From the NCBI GenBank assembly GCA_000708835.1, contig DF237081.1:62001-126000 (forward strand): DNA of 64,000 bases, in the 5' to 3' direction. Positions within the stretch are counted from its first letter, which is position 1. Each line of letters starts with the position of its first letter. The translations under genes and the position numbers were made by a program. This DNA comes from Klebsormidium nitens. Lineage: Eukaryota > Plantae > Klebsormidiophyceae. The notes under the pieces were generated by a model. That model did no database searches. It was not told where the DNA came from and saw only the letters and a list, made by a program, of their open reading frames with translations. Of the stretch, positions 62,047-64,000 are shown one piece after another.

Positions 62047-64000
62047 ATGTCTATCGAGGGGGACTTGCTGTTCCCACAGCCAGACTACTTCTCAGAGTTG
62101 AACCATGAAAACGTGGGGTTCAACGAAGCTGACTTTGACAAGGATATTTTTGGGCCTGCAACATCTGGACTCAGCGAGCATTCGCAGGTGAGGAGCCTCA
62201 ACAACTGCCCCTAGTATCTGCTCAGACATCTGTCATGGTGTGGCTTCTTGCAGCTCTATTCTCTCAGGGTGAGGCACTCTGGTAATTCTGAGCAATTTGC
62301 GTGGGAGGATTCAGTTTACCAATGCCCTTTCATGCATTTTCATGCAGACACTTATGTAGGGTCCTGTGGCAGCTAGTGAGATATTGAAGTTTGTAGGGTC
62401 CTGTGGCAGCTAGTGAGATACTGAGTTTCTGGGGCAACATGTGTGTGCATAGACAGAACACTTTTAAAAAAATTCAAAAACATTTATGTTCATTCTGTAC
62501 GAAACTTGTTCTGAGCTTGGCTTATTCAGAGGCTCGTTATTTGGAAGCATGCAATGCCTCATGGAGGTTTCTCAGGTAAATTATGTTGCTTGTGACTAGC
62601 TTCTCCAGACTCGGTGTGCCTGAAGAAGCAGGATAACTATCTGGTCAATGCTGTGACCTTCAGAAGCAGAAGCGTGTTGCTTCCTTGCACTTGCTCTGCA
62701 ATGTCCTGAAAATCGTTCCTTTGAATTGCAATGACCAGTCGCCTTCTCCCTGTTGCCTGGCCTGTCGGAAGAGTAGAATTTCACAATCGCAATTTTACCA
62801 TGGTCAGGCCAGTGCTTTGGAATGTTGCAAAAGCCTGGCAGTCAGAATGCTGTCACAAGTGTCAATATACCAGCAAACTTCGGTTGCAGCAGAAAGGCCT
62901 GCTTCGGAAGCTTTGACAACTCTATCTCATTTAGGGAACCTTCAGCCAGGTCAATTATCCTACTTGAAGACTTCCGCACATGTACCGCGTAAGAAGGAAA
63001 TTTTGCGTGGTGACTTGAATATGCATGGTACTTGCTTCAAAGAGAAGCTTGCCAGGTCCTCGCTGCCAGGTCGATGCCCCATGTTGAGCTGCATGTCCTG
63101 CAAGCCATAGCAGGTTGTGGCACACGGTAGTCTGGTACACTCGCTTAATGTGGAGGTTTTGAGGGAAAATTTTCTGGCAGAGCTTCTGGCTGTTTACAAA
63201 ATGCCCGGAAATAGATTGCCATCGGAAAGCCCCAACCACCGAGGTCTTTGGAGACTTTTCGTTTAGAAGTGCCGTACTTTCTCTGAGCTTCGCCATGGCC
63301 TAGGGGAGGAACCAAAACGTGCATAGCCATCCCCCTTTGTTGAATCCATTTCACATGGCTGCCTGCCTATACACTTTACCTTGGAACCTTTCTCCTAAAA
63401 AGGCCTCACAAGGGGTAAATTTGACGCAGGGTCCATCCTCAAATCCAAAGAGGATGACTGTGCCAGAAGCTAGAATATCCCTGACTGGGTTTCTTCTTTG
63501 CAGGCTCCTGTTGGAAACTATGGCGGCCTTGTAAGTGACCCCCTAAACCTGGAGGAGGACCACTTCCTCCAGAGTCTCGGCCACCATGAAGAACTAGAGG
63601 TGGAGAGCAAGTCTTCGCACTCCGGGAGGTCAAATCCGGAGAGTAATCCTCAAGGGGGCGCAGGACCCAAGCAAGAGATGCCCCCCCTGTATGGGAACGG
63701 CATGATGCCGATGAGCAGTGGGCCAATGTTCCAGTACCCCGGGATGGCCCCAATGGGGGGGTACGTTCAGCAGGACCCGCACCCCCCCAGCACGACGGCG
63801 GCCACAATGGAGCAGTTTGACAGGATGGCGCTCGAGAACCAGCACATGCAATACCAGCAGCAACAGGAGTTGTTGCAGGCGCAAGCGAGGCAGCTCCAAG
63901 CGCAGCAGCAACAACTCCAAACCCTGCAGCAAGCGCAGTTTCTGTATGCGCAGGGTCAACCCCCCCAGCACATCGTGTTCCTCGCCCCCCCCCGTCCAGG
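62047..64000 (+). CDS. Gln/Pro-rich low-complexity protein, N-terminal part (cut by the window end); possibly a transcriptional regulator
   Basis: Exon MSIEGDLLFPQPDYFSEL..SEHSQ| then an exon from 63504 that stays open to the window end (..HMQYQQQQELLQAQARQLQAQQQQLQ..); no family motif is visible. Confidence 0.6.
62355..62428. repeat. 37-bp intronic tandem duplication
   Basis: tgtagggtcctgtggcagctagtgagata(t/c)tga twice. Confidence 0.85.

Noticed and set aside
1-64000. tRNA, rRNA, U7 snRNA, snoRNA or histone stem-loop
   Set aside because: No convincing motifs found by eye; an Infernal/tRNAscan search would be needed to exclude them.

Overview
Intron-rich eukaryotic nuclear DNA with GT-AG introns (two GC-AG). 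Gene content (plant-type STRAP, TFIIA-L, ARID4-like and NdhV, alongside PHO88 and LSM10) suggests a streptophyte green alga of the Klebsormidium type; this is an inference. I rebuilt 14 protein-coding genes exon by exon with phase checks: LIMR/LMBR1-like (partial), LSM10, TFIIA large subunit, STRAP, PHO88/SND3, GFA/CENP-V, gamma-glutamyl hydrolase, a CAS1/PC-esterase-like SGNH protein, NOL12/RRP17, WDR89, a small membrane protein, a CBM48-NdhV fusion, an ARID4-like protein with no ARID domain, and a Q-rich protein cut by the window end. Most genes sit in head-to-head pairs. Highlights: (1) seven genes carry intronic tandem arrays of decaying copies of their own splice junctions ('exon echoes'); (2) a starch-binding CBM48 fused to the NDH-1 subunit NdhV; (3) a U7-snRNP-type LSM10; (4) a ubiquitin-tail-like LRIRGG motif in the TFIIA linker, which has no Taspase QVDG site; (5) two small MITE families. 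No tRNA, rRNA or CRISPR was seen. All family calls come from recalled sequence motifs; no database search was run.
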